A DNA stretch of 64,000 nucleotides, from contig OZ024755.1 in NCBI GenBank assembly GCA_964016885.1, positions 36,766,001 to 36,830,000 of the forward strand. The letters run 5' to 3'. This DNA is from Eledone cirrhosa. Lineage: Eukaryota. The notes beneath the pieces were generated by a model. That model ran no database searches. It was given only the letters and a program-made list of their open reading frames with translations, and was not told where the DNA came from. A program made the translations under genes and the position numbers. Each line of letters opens with the position of its first letter. Position 1 is the stretch's first letter. Positions 42,405-57,537 of this stretch are shown here, in pieces.

Positions 42405-42723
42405 TACATGGAACTCTTTTAACCATCTTTTGATCTTATATATTATTATATATATATATATATATATATATATTAGTTGTATCCCAACAAATTAAATATA
42501 GCCTCTACATATATACATATATTAGAAAGTGAGGTTTTTTTTTACAAAATGAAAAATAACCGAGGTGTCCTACACGAGTGAAAGTATAAAGAAAAAAAGG
42601 ATGAAATCGAAAATGCAACTGGAGTCTTATTTTAAAAAAAATATATCATTTATTTGGTTCCTTTATCGCTTTCGCAGTTCTTCTGCTTTTCAAAAGTAGA
42701 GTTGAGATGGAGGGTCTGTGGTT

Positions 42724-42756
<33 letters not shown>

Positions 42757-42861
42757 TATATATAGTTTTGCGAGGTTTTGAATGACTGGAATAACAACAA
42801 CATTTTGAATGAATGGAATAACAACAACACCCAAACAAACAACACTGACCTAAGAGAAGTA

Positions 42862-42892
<31 letters not shown>

Positions 42893-43152
42893 ATCGATAA
42901 ATAAATAAATACATACGCAAGCACAATATAAACAAACACATATAAACACACACTAGTAAATATAGAATACATTAACCAATACACAGTCACCCAATCACGA
43001 ACACACATCAAACAAAACACTATACACACACGCAAACGCATGCGCAAAGAAGACAAAAAATAAATAAATAAATAAACAAATAAATAAATATATAAATAGA
43101 CTAAATAAAGATGGCGTAGAAAATACAATGCAACGGGAGGAAACAATAGCAC

Positions 43153-43190
43153 CACTGACGATGTTGCAGATGTGCAACGAAAGAACTTTG
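43153..43190 (+). ncRNA. Minimal hammerhead (57770 family)
   Basis: CA CTGACGA T GTTGCA GATG TGCAAC GAAA GAAC TT TG. Confidence 0.6.
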
Positions 43191-43377
43191 TTAAACTATA
43201 TATATGTGTATCTGTATTTTTGACCGTTGGTCAGTCAATGGCAACATTGAGGACCGAATAAATTAAATTACCGATATAAAAGACACAGAAGCGAAAAGCA
43301 AAAACCAACCAAACAGTGAGTGTGTTCTGTTATTAATTCTGGCAATATTATTACACAAATATGACCCTCCCCAAGTA

Positions 43378-43476
<99 letters not shown>

Positions 43477-43527
43477 TATATATATATATAAAATATAAGA
43501 ATCAAAGAACTGTTCAAAACATTATTG

Positions 43528-43574
43528 TGCTTACAGCTGTTTCCTCCAAACCGAGGTTTGGATTCTTCGGAGCA
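43528..43574 (-). ncRNA. Hammerhead ribozyme, C4 variant (25761 family)
   Basis: Reverse complement: TGCT CCGAAGA ATCCAAACCTCGGTTTGGAG GAAA CAGCTG TA AGCA. Confidence 0.75.
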
Positions 43575-43960
43575 ATTTATTAATGCATGGACAGTTATAT
43601 GACCTCCTTTTCAGCCGAGAGACATACCGACACATATTCAAACATTGATACATATTCAAACATTGTGGGTCAACATTCATTACAGAATTTAGAGTGGCAG
43701 TACACACTTCGAGATTACATTTATATTAAGAGGTACAATCATTGAGCTACTTAACTTACTGGTAATACATTACTGCCTACCACTATTTAGGGTGTGTGTA
43801 AAATACTTATAACTGCATAAGGTTTTGTATTTACATAACCATAAATAGTATAACTAATACTATATATATATATATATATAACGAAGGAAATGTGGTAAGG
43901 AACCAGGTGGACCATAACGCAACAAAGTACTCTATATTGTTATATCTATATATATATCTA

Positions 43961-44075
<115 letters not shown>

Positions 44076-44370
44076 GAAGTAATTCCATCGGAAAAGTCCA
44101 GGAAAAAAGAGTGCTCTATGTAAGCAACAGAGCTTAATTATTATTATTATGTAATAAACAACATATATATAAACAACACATATATATATATATAACGAAG
44201 GAAATGTGGTAAGGAACCAGGTGGACCATAACGCAACAAAGTACTCTATTGTTATATATATATATATATATATATATATAACGAAGGAAATGTGGTAAGG
44301 AACCAGATGGACCATAACGCACCAAAGTACTCAATACTTAGGGTAGTAGAGTGGGTAATAGGAACGAGTA

Positions 44371-44465
44371 GGACCCCGACGGCTGAGCTCAAGCCGTTTC
44401 GACGGCTAATTCTGGAAGTCCAGAATTAGCCGTCGAAACGGCTTGAGCTCAGCCGTCGGGGTCCT
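44371..44465. repeat. GC-rich hairpin made of two inverted HHR 3' halves
   Basis: GAAA CGGCT TGAGCTC AGCCG TC GGGG on both strands, with the CUGANGA half lost at the fold. A relative lies at 22854-22895. Confidence 0.7.
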
Positions 44466-44479
44466 CGGGGTACTACTCG

Positions 44480-44522
<43 letters not shown>

Positions 44523-44752
44523 ACACTAGATTACGCATAGTTGCCATTTTATTTGAAGCGGTGAGGGCGGATTGGCCGGATGAGAGATAGACGTTACTCC
44601 GGGGATAGACTGATGATGATGATGATGATGATGATGATGAGATAATGAACCAAGGAGTGGACACAGAATACCACATTGTTAGAATATGCTGTATATATAT
44701 CACGTGACTGGAGAATTTCACGCATAGAATCGGACACGAGATCACATAGGAA

Positions 44753-44844
44753 ACATATCTGATGATCTTTCGATTACAGAGTCAGGTTCGATCAATAATA
44801 GGTCGTTCCTCGATCTGATCGATAGTGAAACATATGTAATATGT
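44753..44844 (+). ncRNA. Type I hammerhead with long stem II
   Basis: ACATAT CTGATGA TCTTTCGATTA..TGATCGATAGT GAAA CATATG TA ATATGT. Confidence 0.8.
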
Positions 44845-44882
44845 CATAATGCAACACTGAATCCTTGTTCTTTTATTCTATA

Positions 44883-44920
<38 letters not shown>

Positions 44921-45135
44921 AGATAAATCTACCAAAAGTTTACGGTATGTGTAGGTATGTATATTCCCTCTGATAGTTTGTATAAATATTGTACACAGAT
45001 CTATAGAATATTCATACCAACTCTAACACATATATATCCTAGAAACGATCGTAAAATGATGAATTTTTTTAATATAAGGAACTGTTTCTTTGTTTATTCA
45101 TTATTTTATTAATTTATATATATATATATATATAT

Positions 45136-45545
45136 ACATTATGAAGAGAGAAGAAACATTTAGATATAATTAGTAATAAAATGTATCATACCTAAACTGT
45201 TCCTAAATTCCTCGACTACGTAGTTTCGTGGCATAAACAAAAACAATATATCAAAGATATAGAGTCCTTGCTCCTTAGCTCTGTTTCTCGACCGTTATAT
45301 CGCGTGACTATCTCCCCCTCCGCCTTTTGGGATTCTTTCTCACGTCGTGTAGACGCGTTCTTGAGACTAGTAAAATGAGGTATCCTCTTGATAAGTCGGC
45401 AGACCTCGCAAGGACTCTATATCTTTGATATATTGTTTTTGTTTATGCCACGAAACTACGTAGTCGAGGAATTTAGGAACAGTTTAGGTATGATACATTT
45501 TATTACTAATTATATCTAAATGTTTCTTCTCTCTTCATAATGTAT
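45136..45545. mobile_element. Inverted-pair element; HHR at 45383-45470 (+) with U3-A8 core
   Basis: Arms about 135 bp. TCCTC TTGATAA GTCGGCA..TGCCAC GAAA CTACGTAG TC GAGGA. Confidence 0.75.
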
Positions 45546-45701
45546 TTTTAACTCTGATACTGGTTCAGTCTGGTTCAAACTGAATTGGTCTGTCCCAGTC
45601 ATTCATTGAGCAACATCGGTGAAGTTGGCACCCTTAACTCACAGTTGGGTGCGGATGCATTCATGTATATATGTGTGTGTCCGCATGTATCTGTGTGTTT
45701 C

Positions 45702-45788
<87 letters not shown>

Positions 45789-45790
<2 letters not shown>

Positions 45791-46177
45791 AAAGTTATAT
45801 TTAAATTGTTGGGTTACAACTAGTAAATATTTATAACTGATATAAAAGCACTCAACAAGTATTTGGAGTATATTTACGATATTAAATAAATGGAAACTAT
45901 ATTTATAAAACCATATTTATTTCATTATATATATTTCAGGGATATCATATTAACAATATGTTATGCCTTCTTCAGACAAAATACAATATAGACAGTTTTA
46001 TAGATAATTCAAATACAAGTCGATGTTGAACGGTATGTCAAATCTATTTATCTATAAAACTGTCTATATTGTATTTTGTCTGAAGAAGGCATAACATATT
46101 GTTAATATGATATCCCTGAAATATATATAATGAAATAAATATGGTTTTATAAATATAGTTTCCATTTATTTAATATC

Positions 46178-46180
<3 letters not shown>
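45789..46180. mobile_element. Inverted-pair HHR element (21771 family)
   Basis: TTTTGT CTGAAGA..GAAA TATAT ATA ATGAAA at about 46074-46135, mirrored at about 45920-45981. Confidence 0.8.
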
Positions 46181-46225
<45 letters not shown>

Positions 46226-46233
<8 letters not shown>

Positions 46234-46627
46234 AAGTTTAACAAGGTTCAATGAATTCATCAATGAATAAAGTTTCACAATAGATTAAAAGCAGTCTACA
46301 GGGAGGTTTTCTGGAGTTATTAATATTACTTCAAAATATTAATAAATATAGACATTCATGTGATCAAATATATTTTATTATACATATTTCAGAAATACTG
46401 AGCTATCTCATCAGATAAAATAAGTTGATGCCTGACATATCTTGACATATCTTGGTTATACTGCCATGACTAAATTATAACCATCAACATAGTCAAGGTA
46501 TGTCAGGCATCAACTTATTTTATCTGATGAGGACGTACTGTTGAAATAGCTCAGTATCTCTGAAATATGTATAATAAAATATATTTGATCACATGAATGT
46601 CTATATTTATTAATATTTTGAAGTAAT
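46226..46627. mobile_element. Inverted-pair HHR element (12576 family); HHR at 46518-46579 (+)
   Basis: Arms about 46326-46450 and 46491-46627. The left HHR has a deletion in stem II. Confidence 0.8.
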
Positions 46628-47020
46628 ATTTGTTTCTACTTTAGGCACAAGGCCAGCAATAACCCAGTTCATTACTGGTACTTTATTTTATCGACCCCGT
46701 AAGGATGAAAGGCAAAGTCAACCTCGGCTGGATTTGAACTCAGATCGTAAAGGGACATATTATATATATATGAGTGTATGTGTGCGTGTGCATTTCTATA
46801 TTTCTATATTTCCATATTTCTATTTGGACATTATTTTCACTGTCTATTCACGAGATGTTTAATAATCGTTTCTACTTTTGACACAAGGCCAGCAGTTATC
46901 CCAGTGTATTACTGGTACTTATTTTATCGACCCCGTAAGGATGAAAGGCAAAGTTAACCTCGGCAGGATTTGAACTCAGAACATAAAGGGATGTAACTCT
47001 AAGCTGCAAAGCATGGCGTG
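46628..47020 (-). mobile_element. Two truncated SINEs
   Basis: SINE core at 46630-46757 and 46865-47019. Confidence 0.85.
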
Positions 47021-47703
47021 GGTGTGTAGGTGTCTGTGCCTTTGTGTCTCTAACCATGTTTATGGTGTGCAAGTTGAGGTTTATGTGTGTCAAAATCTGT
47101 GTCCCTGTGTCTGTCTAGTAATGTAGTGTTTGGAAAATTGAGATCAATAAAATAATGACTAATGTCAATATGATCGATGATATATTTGACCATGGCAACA
47201 CTTTGTAACCGCAGATCTGTCAAATGACTGGAATCAGTAAAGAAAATCTGATTAATTTTTGTTATTATTCATTTGATTTGTTGCTTGATAGATTCATCGC
47301 AATTTTCTTGTAGCATTAAATCTTTCATATTCCCTGCTTTGTTTATAAACCTGCTTATACATTTCTCCTAAATAAGGTGTCCGTGTTGGATCTTTTAATA
47401 TATTTTGTATTTATGAACGAAGTGGTTTTCAGTGTAATCCTTTCTAAACAGTCTAAAGTATGAAGATTTCAGCATATTTTAAGCCGATCCATTGATATAT
47501 ATCGTGGCTGAACAAAAGAACAAAAAAGATATATTCTCATATTTAAGTAATAACACTTTTCAAGATGAAATGAAGCAATTCATATTACATTTGAAATATG
47601 CGAAAATCTATAAACATCATTTAGATACAACCAAGACCATCATTAACCCATCTTTATAGTTTGTTTTGAACTAGTTTTCGCAATAATACAATACAATTAT
47701 AGC

Positions 47704-48330
47704 ATAGGCGCCGAGCTGGCCAGCCTCAGGTCTGAGCCTCGCGAGATGGAATGGCTCTTCCAGCGCATCTCCCTTACCATCCTCCGGGGAAACTCATTGA
47801 TGCAGTGGAGACTTCTGGTGTCCTTGGCCCTAGGGCTACCTCCCTACTCACCACCATAGGAGCCGAGCTGGCCAGTCGCAGGTCTGAGCCTCGCGAGATG
47901 GAATGGCTCTTCCAGCGCATCTCCCTTACCATCTTCCGGGGAAACTCATTGATGCAGTGGAGACGTCTGGTGTCCTTGGCCCTAGGGCTACCTCCCTACT
48001 CACCACCATAGGAGCCGAGCTGGCCAGCCGCAGGTCTGAGCCTCGCGAGATGGAATGGCTCTTCCAGCGCATCTCCCTTACCATCCTCCGGGGAAACGCC
48101 TTCTCCATTCTGTCCGCCAGGGCTGTGAGGAGGCCAGCACGTGGGATCCCATTTGTTCACTATACAGAGAGATGGGGAGGGCGAGAGAGATGGCGGCGGT
48201 GACAGTGGGAGTTCGGCTCTTCTGTGTCCGGACACAATGCACCTGTCAAGAGTGTATATTGATGTACACCACCTCTGTCATTATAGCATTACTGTGAAAG
48301 TAATACTACCATAGAACAATAAATATATAA
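47704..48330 (+). mobile_element. CRE-like (RLE) retroelement 3' end with tandem ~152-bp reiterations
   Basis: AVETSGVLGPRATSLLTTIG..WLFQRISLTILRGNA repeated about 2.5 times. A diverged relative lies at 50680-50850. Confidence 0.7.
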
Positions 48331-48339
48331 AGTTTGATT

Positions 48340-48965
48340 CAAGGCCAGTAATCCATGTGACAAGGTACAGTTGACTATAGCGCCTCTAGTTCTTGATTTG
48401 TCCACTAATTTATCAGCCTCATAAAGATGAAAGTCAAATTCCACCTCAATTATATTTAAACTCAGAACGTAAAGAGCTGGAAAAATGCCTGGATGCGGTT
48501 TATCTGACGGACACTCTAATGATTCTTCCAGCCCACCGCTTCAAATAATTGTTTCTACTTTAGGCACAAGGCCAGCAATTACCCAGTGCATTACTGGTAC
48601 TTTATTTTATCGACCCCGTAAGGATGAAAGGCAAAGTCAACCTCGGCGGGATTTGATTTGAACTCAGACCGTAAAGGGACGTAACTATGCTGGAAAGCAT
48701 GGCGTCAGACCCTCTACTGATACTGCCCAAATAATGGTTTCTTATATAGGCACCACTTCTTATAAGGCCAGCAATTAAGGAGGAGGGGGAAGTCGATTAA
48801 ATTGACCCCAATGCGTGACTGGTACTTTATTTTACCGACTCCACACGGATGACAGGCAAAGTTAACCTCGGCGGGATTTGAACTCAGATCATAAAGGGCC
48901 GTAACTCTATGCTGCAAAGCATCGCGTCCGACTCTGTACCGATACTGCCAATCCACCGCCCTCAC
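48340..48965 (-). mobile_element. Nested SINE cluster (one old, two young copies)
   Basis: SINE cores. accgcttcaaataat is duplicated at about 48535 and 48964 and looks like a TSD. Confidence 0.8.
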
Positions 48966-49440
48966 CGCTTCAAATAATAATATATAACAAGAATTATAAG
49001 CAAGAACAGCATCAGCAACAAGAGAAATTGCAAAGAAATATGTTCGAATTTATCACGGATAAATGAATTTCTTATCATTAGATATCAAGATATACACGTA
49101 CGCGTGTGTAATACCATAGGTGCATGTATACATACATCACGCACACACATAGATATCTATGTACTATATCATAATCACACGCACATACATATCTATGTAC
49201 TATATCATAATCACACAGCAACAGTTTTGTTTTACAGTCTCCGAGTCGAACTGTAATTTTCAAATTTTCCTATTCTCTTTTCCCTACCTTCCATAGGTTT
49301 GTGTTCAACGTAACCCTGTTATGTAATTCTCTCGAAGTCACCTGATGAGGTCGTCCTGTCTAACATCATATTTGGATGATGGAGCTGGACCATTGAAATA
49401 TGTTTAATGATTCCACGGAATATACATATATATATATATA

Positions 49441-49840
49441 ATAATATATAAGATCAAAAGATGGTTAAAAGAGTTCCAAGTATTTTATTATGCGCATTTC
49501 AAAAACAAATATCATCATGCAATAACATTTGCATTTTCGTCAGATAAAATAGGGAGACATGATATGAAGGTTAAAACACACTTGTGAATAGTGCAGTTTT
49601 AAATCACTTGTGCAGTTTTAAATCACTTGTGAAAAGTGCAGTTTTATCTGACGAAAATGCAAATGTTATTGCATGATGATATTTGTTTTTGAAATGCGCA
49701 TAATAAAATACTTGGAACTCTTTTAACCATCTTTTGATCTTATATATTATTATTTATACTCCAGTCCTACAAACTGTAGAGTGCTACTTATCCGATATCT
49801 GCATTGCTTTATTGTACTACAATAAAACTCACCTCCTACA
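49441..49840. mobile_element. Inverted-pair HHR element (21433 family); HHRs at 49483-49549 (-) and 49642-49708 (+)
   Basis: TTTTAT CTGACGA..GAAA TGCGCA TA ATAAAA on both strands. Confidence 0.85.
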
Positions 49841-50953
49841 TATATATATATATATATGTATATATAAGTGTGTATATATATATATATATATGTTTATCCT
49901 GGGTTCAATCGGGGGTAACCACAGTAAGTAAGGTACTCAATACATAGCAGAGTATAAATATTTAATATAGAAATGGCTTCTACAGGACTCCTCCGAATGA
50001 AACAATGCATACATATATATATTTAAAAAAACCCTTTGGCATTTGCATTGCTCTGTATTTGCTGTTGTGTTTTCGCGGTGAAGGCTTTACTTCGTATAGT
50101 TGTGGCTTTCAAACAGATGTGGATATGGTATTTGATACACGGAAACAAACGGAATGAGTTGATTCCAGGCAGTAAGTGGAAACTTTACTTGACATAGCTC
50201 CATTCCAAACATCTTGTAAAAATGTGTTGCCTCTGTAATCCAAGAACCAGAAATTGTTACACACTGAATCGGGCTTAATTTCCCCGGAAACTAAATTGAG
50301 AGTACACTTATCTGTTAAATCCGTAGCCACATGCACGTAAATACTTGCCTGAAACTACAATTTCATTGACTTTGCTTGCTTGTATAATTTATGAATTCTC
50401 TGATGACACAACGTTTTGAAAGATTAATTTTTAATACCGAATTCCTAGAGTGATTACTTAGGTTTTATACTGCATTTATTGCAGCTCATTCTTGCAGAAA
50501 CGTGCGTTAGAAGAATAAAACCTAAATATCCGTCCAGTATTATCTATGGGCTCGGTACCTCTACATTCATATGACTCGTCGGATTTTATTTCCTAATAGT
50601 TTTATGAATTACACTTGTTATCAATTACTTTGATTAATCTTACTGATCGTGTTGATAAGTTGAGCTTAGATAGGTTTGTAGTTGAGCCTCCAGCATTCTT
50701 GACCCCGGGTCACATACCTGCTCACTGCTAATGGAGTGGAGTTGGCGACCCGCAGGTGTGAGCTCCGCGAGGTGGAGTGGCTGTTCGAGGGCATCTCCCT
50801 CGTCGTCTTGTGGCTATGTCTTCTCCATCCTGTCAGCCGAGATCACGAGGCGGACCACCCCTTAAGATATGTTGTTCTTATGGTATGTTCTACTTTACCA
50901 GTTGCTTTGAACTTAGTAACCATAGCATTTTTAATTGAAATTTTACCATCGTA

Positions 50954-51016
<63 letters not shown>

Positions 51017-51029
51017 AATATATATATAT

Positions 51030-51098
<69 letters not shown>

Positions 51099-51099
51099 A

Positions 51100-51133
<34 letters not shown>

Positions 51134-51137
51134 AATA

Positions 51138-51360
51138 TAGAAGTGGTTACACAACAGTTAGTTCACCATACCGAGAACAATTGTTTCACCATCGCGGATC
51201 TTCAGCTCGGGATGTGGCACATCCCGTGCTGAAGATCCGCGAAAGTGAAACAATTGTTCTCGGTATGGTGAACTAACTGTTGTGTAACCACTTCTACCTA
51301 ACTCGTCCCTTGGACTGAGTGCTCTACCACTACGGATATTACCTTCCAGTGTTCCACCAC
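51138..51360. mobile_element. Inverted-pair HHR element; HHRs at 51171-51210 (-) and 51225-51263 (+)
   Basis: Reverse complement: CCGAG CTGAAGA TCCGCGATGGT GAAA CAATTG TT CTCGG. Arms about 78 bp. Confidence 0.8.
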
Positions 51361-51836
51361 TATATATAAATATATATATATAAATATATATAAATATATA
51401 TATATATATTTATATATATATAATAATTATAAAATGTGAGGAAGAAAAAAAAAAATATATATATATAACCTTTTACATGTTATTATTTTCCTTGAATTGC
51501 TTTTCAAATCAAGACAAATTGCTGTTATTATCAAATAGTTTGTTACAATGGCTTGTAATTAGTGCTCAAAAGTTCTCTTTCTCTCTCTACTTCTCTATTT
51601 TATTCTTTTTTACTTCTTCTCCTTACGTTTTTCTTCCCTTTCTTTCTCCTGCCTGAATGTAAATGAAATTAAATCAAAACAAACAGATATTGCATTATCG
51701 ATTGTCAATTCATGCCGTTCTGACTACCGGCACAAGAATACGCGAGAACTATATGACTTATTCAAGATATTTACAAATCACGTATTTTCTCAAAATAAAA
51801 TTCACATTATGTTGTTGAGGCTAAAGAATCACATCC

Positions 51837-52960
<1,124 letters not shown>

Positions 52961-53159
52961 TATGTGCTTGTGTATTTCTATTTGGGTTTAATATAAGGGA
53001 CATTATTTTTCACTGTCTATTCACGAGATGTTTAATAATGTATTTAAAATCATTTCATATCGATAATGTTCGTCACAAAACAATCTTTAAACCCTCGGCA
53101 GTTTTACGAACTTTAAATGGCAACATTATGACACAATAGTTGTTATATTATAAATATTA

Positions 53160-53305
53160 CTAGCAGAATGGCCCGGCGTTGCTCGGGATTTGCTCTAGGA
53201 TTCTTATATATTTGATATATATTTATCCTTATCGAGCCTCCTGAAATAAATACGTTTGTTTATATTTTGTTATTGTGTATGCAAAAATATCTGTACACGA
53301 ATATA

Positions 53306-53383
<78 letters not shown>

Positions 53384-53770
53384 TAACAGATTAAAGTTTA
53401 AGCAAAGAATCGCTGCTCTCACCCTTAACGGGATCTTCTGAAACTAAAAAATCAATCTTTGAACGCAGAAGTAAATATTTCGAAACACGTTACACACACA
53501 CTATATATATATACACACACTATATACATATACATATATACACACACATATATATAGCGTCATAATGTCGTAATGCAGAAAGCCAGACATACAGACAGAT
53601 ATTATAAGGGCGCAACGTTATATCTACGTATCTATCTAAAAAGAAAGACTAAGAATTATAGAGAGAGATCGCTAAATCGCCTAATGCGGTCCCTAGGGCA
53701 TTGAAAATTTGAAATATTTTTTTCTCGAAACACTCACAGGGCCATAAGTATTACATTTTAAAGTTTGAAA
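53160..53770 (-). mobile_element. Helitron copy 2, 5'-truncated at the junction with a Penelope fragment
   Basis: Same CTAG and hairpin end (ctagcagaatggcccggcgttgctcggg) and same body as 29603. Confidence 0.8.
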
Positions 53771-54515
53771 ACAGAAATGACGGGCGACAGGAGCATCTAA
53801 ACCGAGTCTGATGTCTCTCAAATGTTCGGCAAAACGGTCCGCCATACGGCGGCCGGTTTGTCCGATATATAAAGACCCGCAAAGGGAACACCGGAGGGCA
53901 TAGACAACGTGGGTGGATGTGCAGGTGAAGGAATGGCGGATACGGAAAGACCCGTTAGGGCCTGTAAGAGTGGTGAGGGTGGAAATAAAGGGACAAGTGT
54001 TGCAGCGGGAACGGGAACAAGGATGAGAGCCGGGTGGAGTCATGAGAGAGGACGAAAAGGAACTGCGAACCAGGAGGTCACGGAGGTTGCCGGTGCGCTT
54101 AAAAGCAGTAATGGGTGGGTTTAGAAAATAGCGAGAAGTGACGGGGTCAGAAGAGAGGATACGGAAGGAACGGAGGATATGTCGCCGGAGTGGTAGGGTG
54201 AGAGGGAAAGGAACACGGATGTTGGGAGGGCGGGGTGAGGTGAGAGGGCTGTGGTGTGGTCTGTTTTACGGGCGCGGGTGAGAGCAGCTTGGATCAAGGT
54301 GGGGGGAGGGGATATCCACGCTGGATGAAGCAGGAAGCCATGCGAAGGGAATGGGTTTCGAAATCGTCCTGGCTACAGAGTCGACGAAGACGGAGGAATT
54401 GGGAATAGGGTATGGAGTGTCTGGTGTGGGTTGGATGGGAGGAGGTGAAGTCGAGGTAAGATTGGGAGTCTGTTGGTTTAATGAAGATGGAAGTAGAGAG
54501 GGTGTGGTGAGAGTG
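53771..54515 (-). mobile_element. Penelope-like element fragment: RT C-terminus plus GIY-YIG endonuclease
   Basis: TSIFIKPTDSQSYLDFTSSHP..SIPYSQFLRLRRLCS (PLE RT thumb), then C..RCNTC...FTCTSTHVVYALRCSLCGSLYIGQTGRRMADRFAEH..PVARHF. Confidence 0.92.
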
Positions 54516-54670
54516 ATTAATAGGTAGAGAGATATCTAGAAAAGCGACAGAAGAATCGGAGACGGAGGCGGTGAAATTGAGAGCAGGATGGAAAGATTTG
54601 ACAAAAGAAAGAAAACAGTCGAGCTGTTCTTGTGATAGAGAGGTGGCGCTGATACAGTCGTCGATATAAT

Positions 54671-54717
54671 TGCTCCGAAGACTTCAAACTTCGGTTTGGA
54701 AGAAACAACTGTAAGCA
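54671..54717 (+). ncRNA. Hammerhead ribozyme (C4 variant) next to the Penelope ORF, opposite orientation
   Basis: TGCT CCGAAGA CTTCAAAC TTCG GTTTGGAA GAAA CAACTG TA AGCA. Confidence 0.75.
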
Positions 54718-54752
54718 GATAAATGATTTAAACAGAACTTTGTTTCAGGTAA

Positions 54753-54916
<164 letters not shown>

Positions 54917-54937
54917 CATATATTTATATATTTACAT

Positions 54938-54992
<55 letters not shown>

Positions 54993-55008
54993 CACATACA
55001 TATGTATG

Positions 55009-55042
<34 letters not shown>

Positions 55043-55069
55043 TGTATGTATGTATGTATGTATGTATTG

Positions 55070-55795
<726 letters not shown>

Positions 55796-55832
55796 CAAAT
55801 ATATATAGATATAATTATATGTGTGTATATGT

Positions 55833-55880
<48 letters not shown>

Positions 55881-56732
55881 ATGGAAAGAAAAAGAACGAG
55901 AGTACTAAAAAGAGATAGTAAGGAAGAGTCAGAGAATTTCTGATGGAATATTTACAGTGAAAATAAGAAAACATTAGAAATAGTAATTTGGTGAAAATAT
56001 GTGATGGTGAGAGTTATTTTCCGTGGCGATAAAAGAAATTGTTTTCTGTGTCTCCATAGGTTCATTAAAATATTTCAGTTTCCTGCAATAACTAATTATA
56101 AATTTATAATACATTGTTATGTTTTCTTTTCGCACACGAATCGATATCAAGGGCAAATGTGAAAAATACAGTGTGGTCTATCAAAACATCGTTCTCATAA
56201 TTGACCGCTTCTGCGTGAACCATAAATTTTAGCAAGTGTTGGAGCATTAAGGAATTGATGTACATGAGGATTTTTCAGCATCTAATACAAGCACATACTT
56301 CTCAATTCACAACTTGTCACATCCGCTTTCCCTTTCACCTGAGTAGACTCTAGATAGATAATTATAAATGAATCTATGAAGTCAATCGATTTGACTGTTA
56401 CCAGTTGAAATAATATTTTTTGGTCGATTTACCAATACAATGATATACAACAGTTCCTGTAAGAAGGGTTCGTTAACGCAATCGTTCGAATTACTAGCAA
56501 TAGCAGTTATGTCTTCAATATATTACACCCTGGCTAGTTTTATCGAAAGGAAAAACGACATATTAAAAAAAGCCTGCAAATAATTTCTGAGTAGCTTTCT
56601 TCCACTGATAATGCAATGAGGAAGAAATCAGTGGAAAATAGAATAGATATTTCACAGTGTATAAATAAATTGCAAATAGTACCACTGGATCATGAACTTA
56701 ATTTCTTATATATATATATATATATATATATA

Positions 56733-57025
56733 TAATGTAAAATAAACAATACAATATAATTATCTCATTACTAGAGGTTTCCCGAATAAGACGAATACAA
56801 AAAACGTCCTCATTCGTTCATCGGACAAGGCAATTTCCTTGTAAATTGCCTTGTCCGATGAACGAATGAGGACGTTTTTTGTATTCGTCTTATTCGGGAA
56901 ACCTCTGGTAATGAGGTAATTATATTGTATTGTTTATTATACATTAAATTTAGCTCTGGTACTTACATAGAGCACTCTTCACTCCTATGACTTTTTTAAT
57001 TTTCAACGGAAACTTCAATACTTAA
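56733..57025. mobile_element. Inverted-pair HHR element; HHR at 56844-56921 (+) mirrored on minus
   Basis: AATTGCCTTGT CCGATGA ACGAATGAGGACG..CGTCTTATTCGG GAAA CC TCT GG TA ATGAGGTAATT. Confidence 0.85.
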
Positions 57026-57067
57026 TATATATATATATATACAATATGTTGAAAAGGTAACACACTA

Positions 57068-57537
57068 GAGAGAGAGATAGTGCGTCATCAGTCAAACAGG
57101 GAAAAACCACCAGTGTATGGAATCTATAACCCATGGAAGGCAGAGTAGACACACAATAATTAAAATTATAAATTAAAGTGTAAATACATACCTCGATAAC
57201 TATCTAACACACACGTACAAATCCAAAGAGATCTGTTTCGCCAAATAAGTTGTTGACAGAAATGATTAGCCCATGGTTCATCAGCGTATGTAAGGCTGTG
57301 TAGAGTTGTCTGAAATGTATAGCCTTACACACGCTGATGAACCATGGTCTAATCATTTCTGTCAACACATTATTTGGTGAAACAGATCTTTTTGGATTTG
57401 TACGTGTGTGTTAGATAGTTATCGAGGTATGTATTTACACTTTAATTTATACTTTTAATTATCGTGTGTCTACTCTGCCTTCCATGGGTTATAGATTCCA
57501 TGCACTGGTGGTTTTTCCCTGTTTGACTGATGACGCA

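Noticed and set aside
50109-50348. Minus-strand 75-aa ORF after a tttcag acceptor-like site
   Set aside because: No recognisable domain and no partner exons, so it cannot be supported without transcript data.
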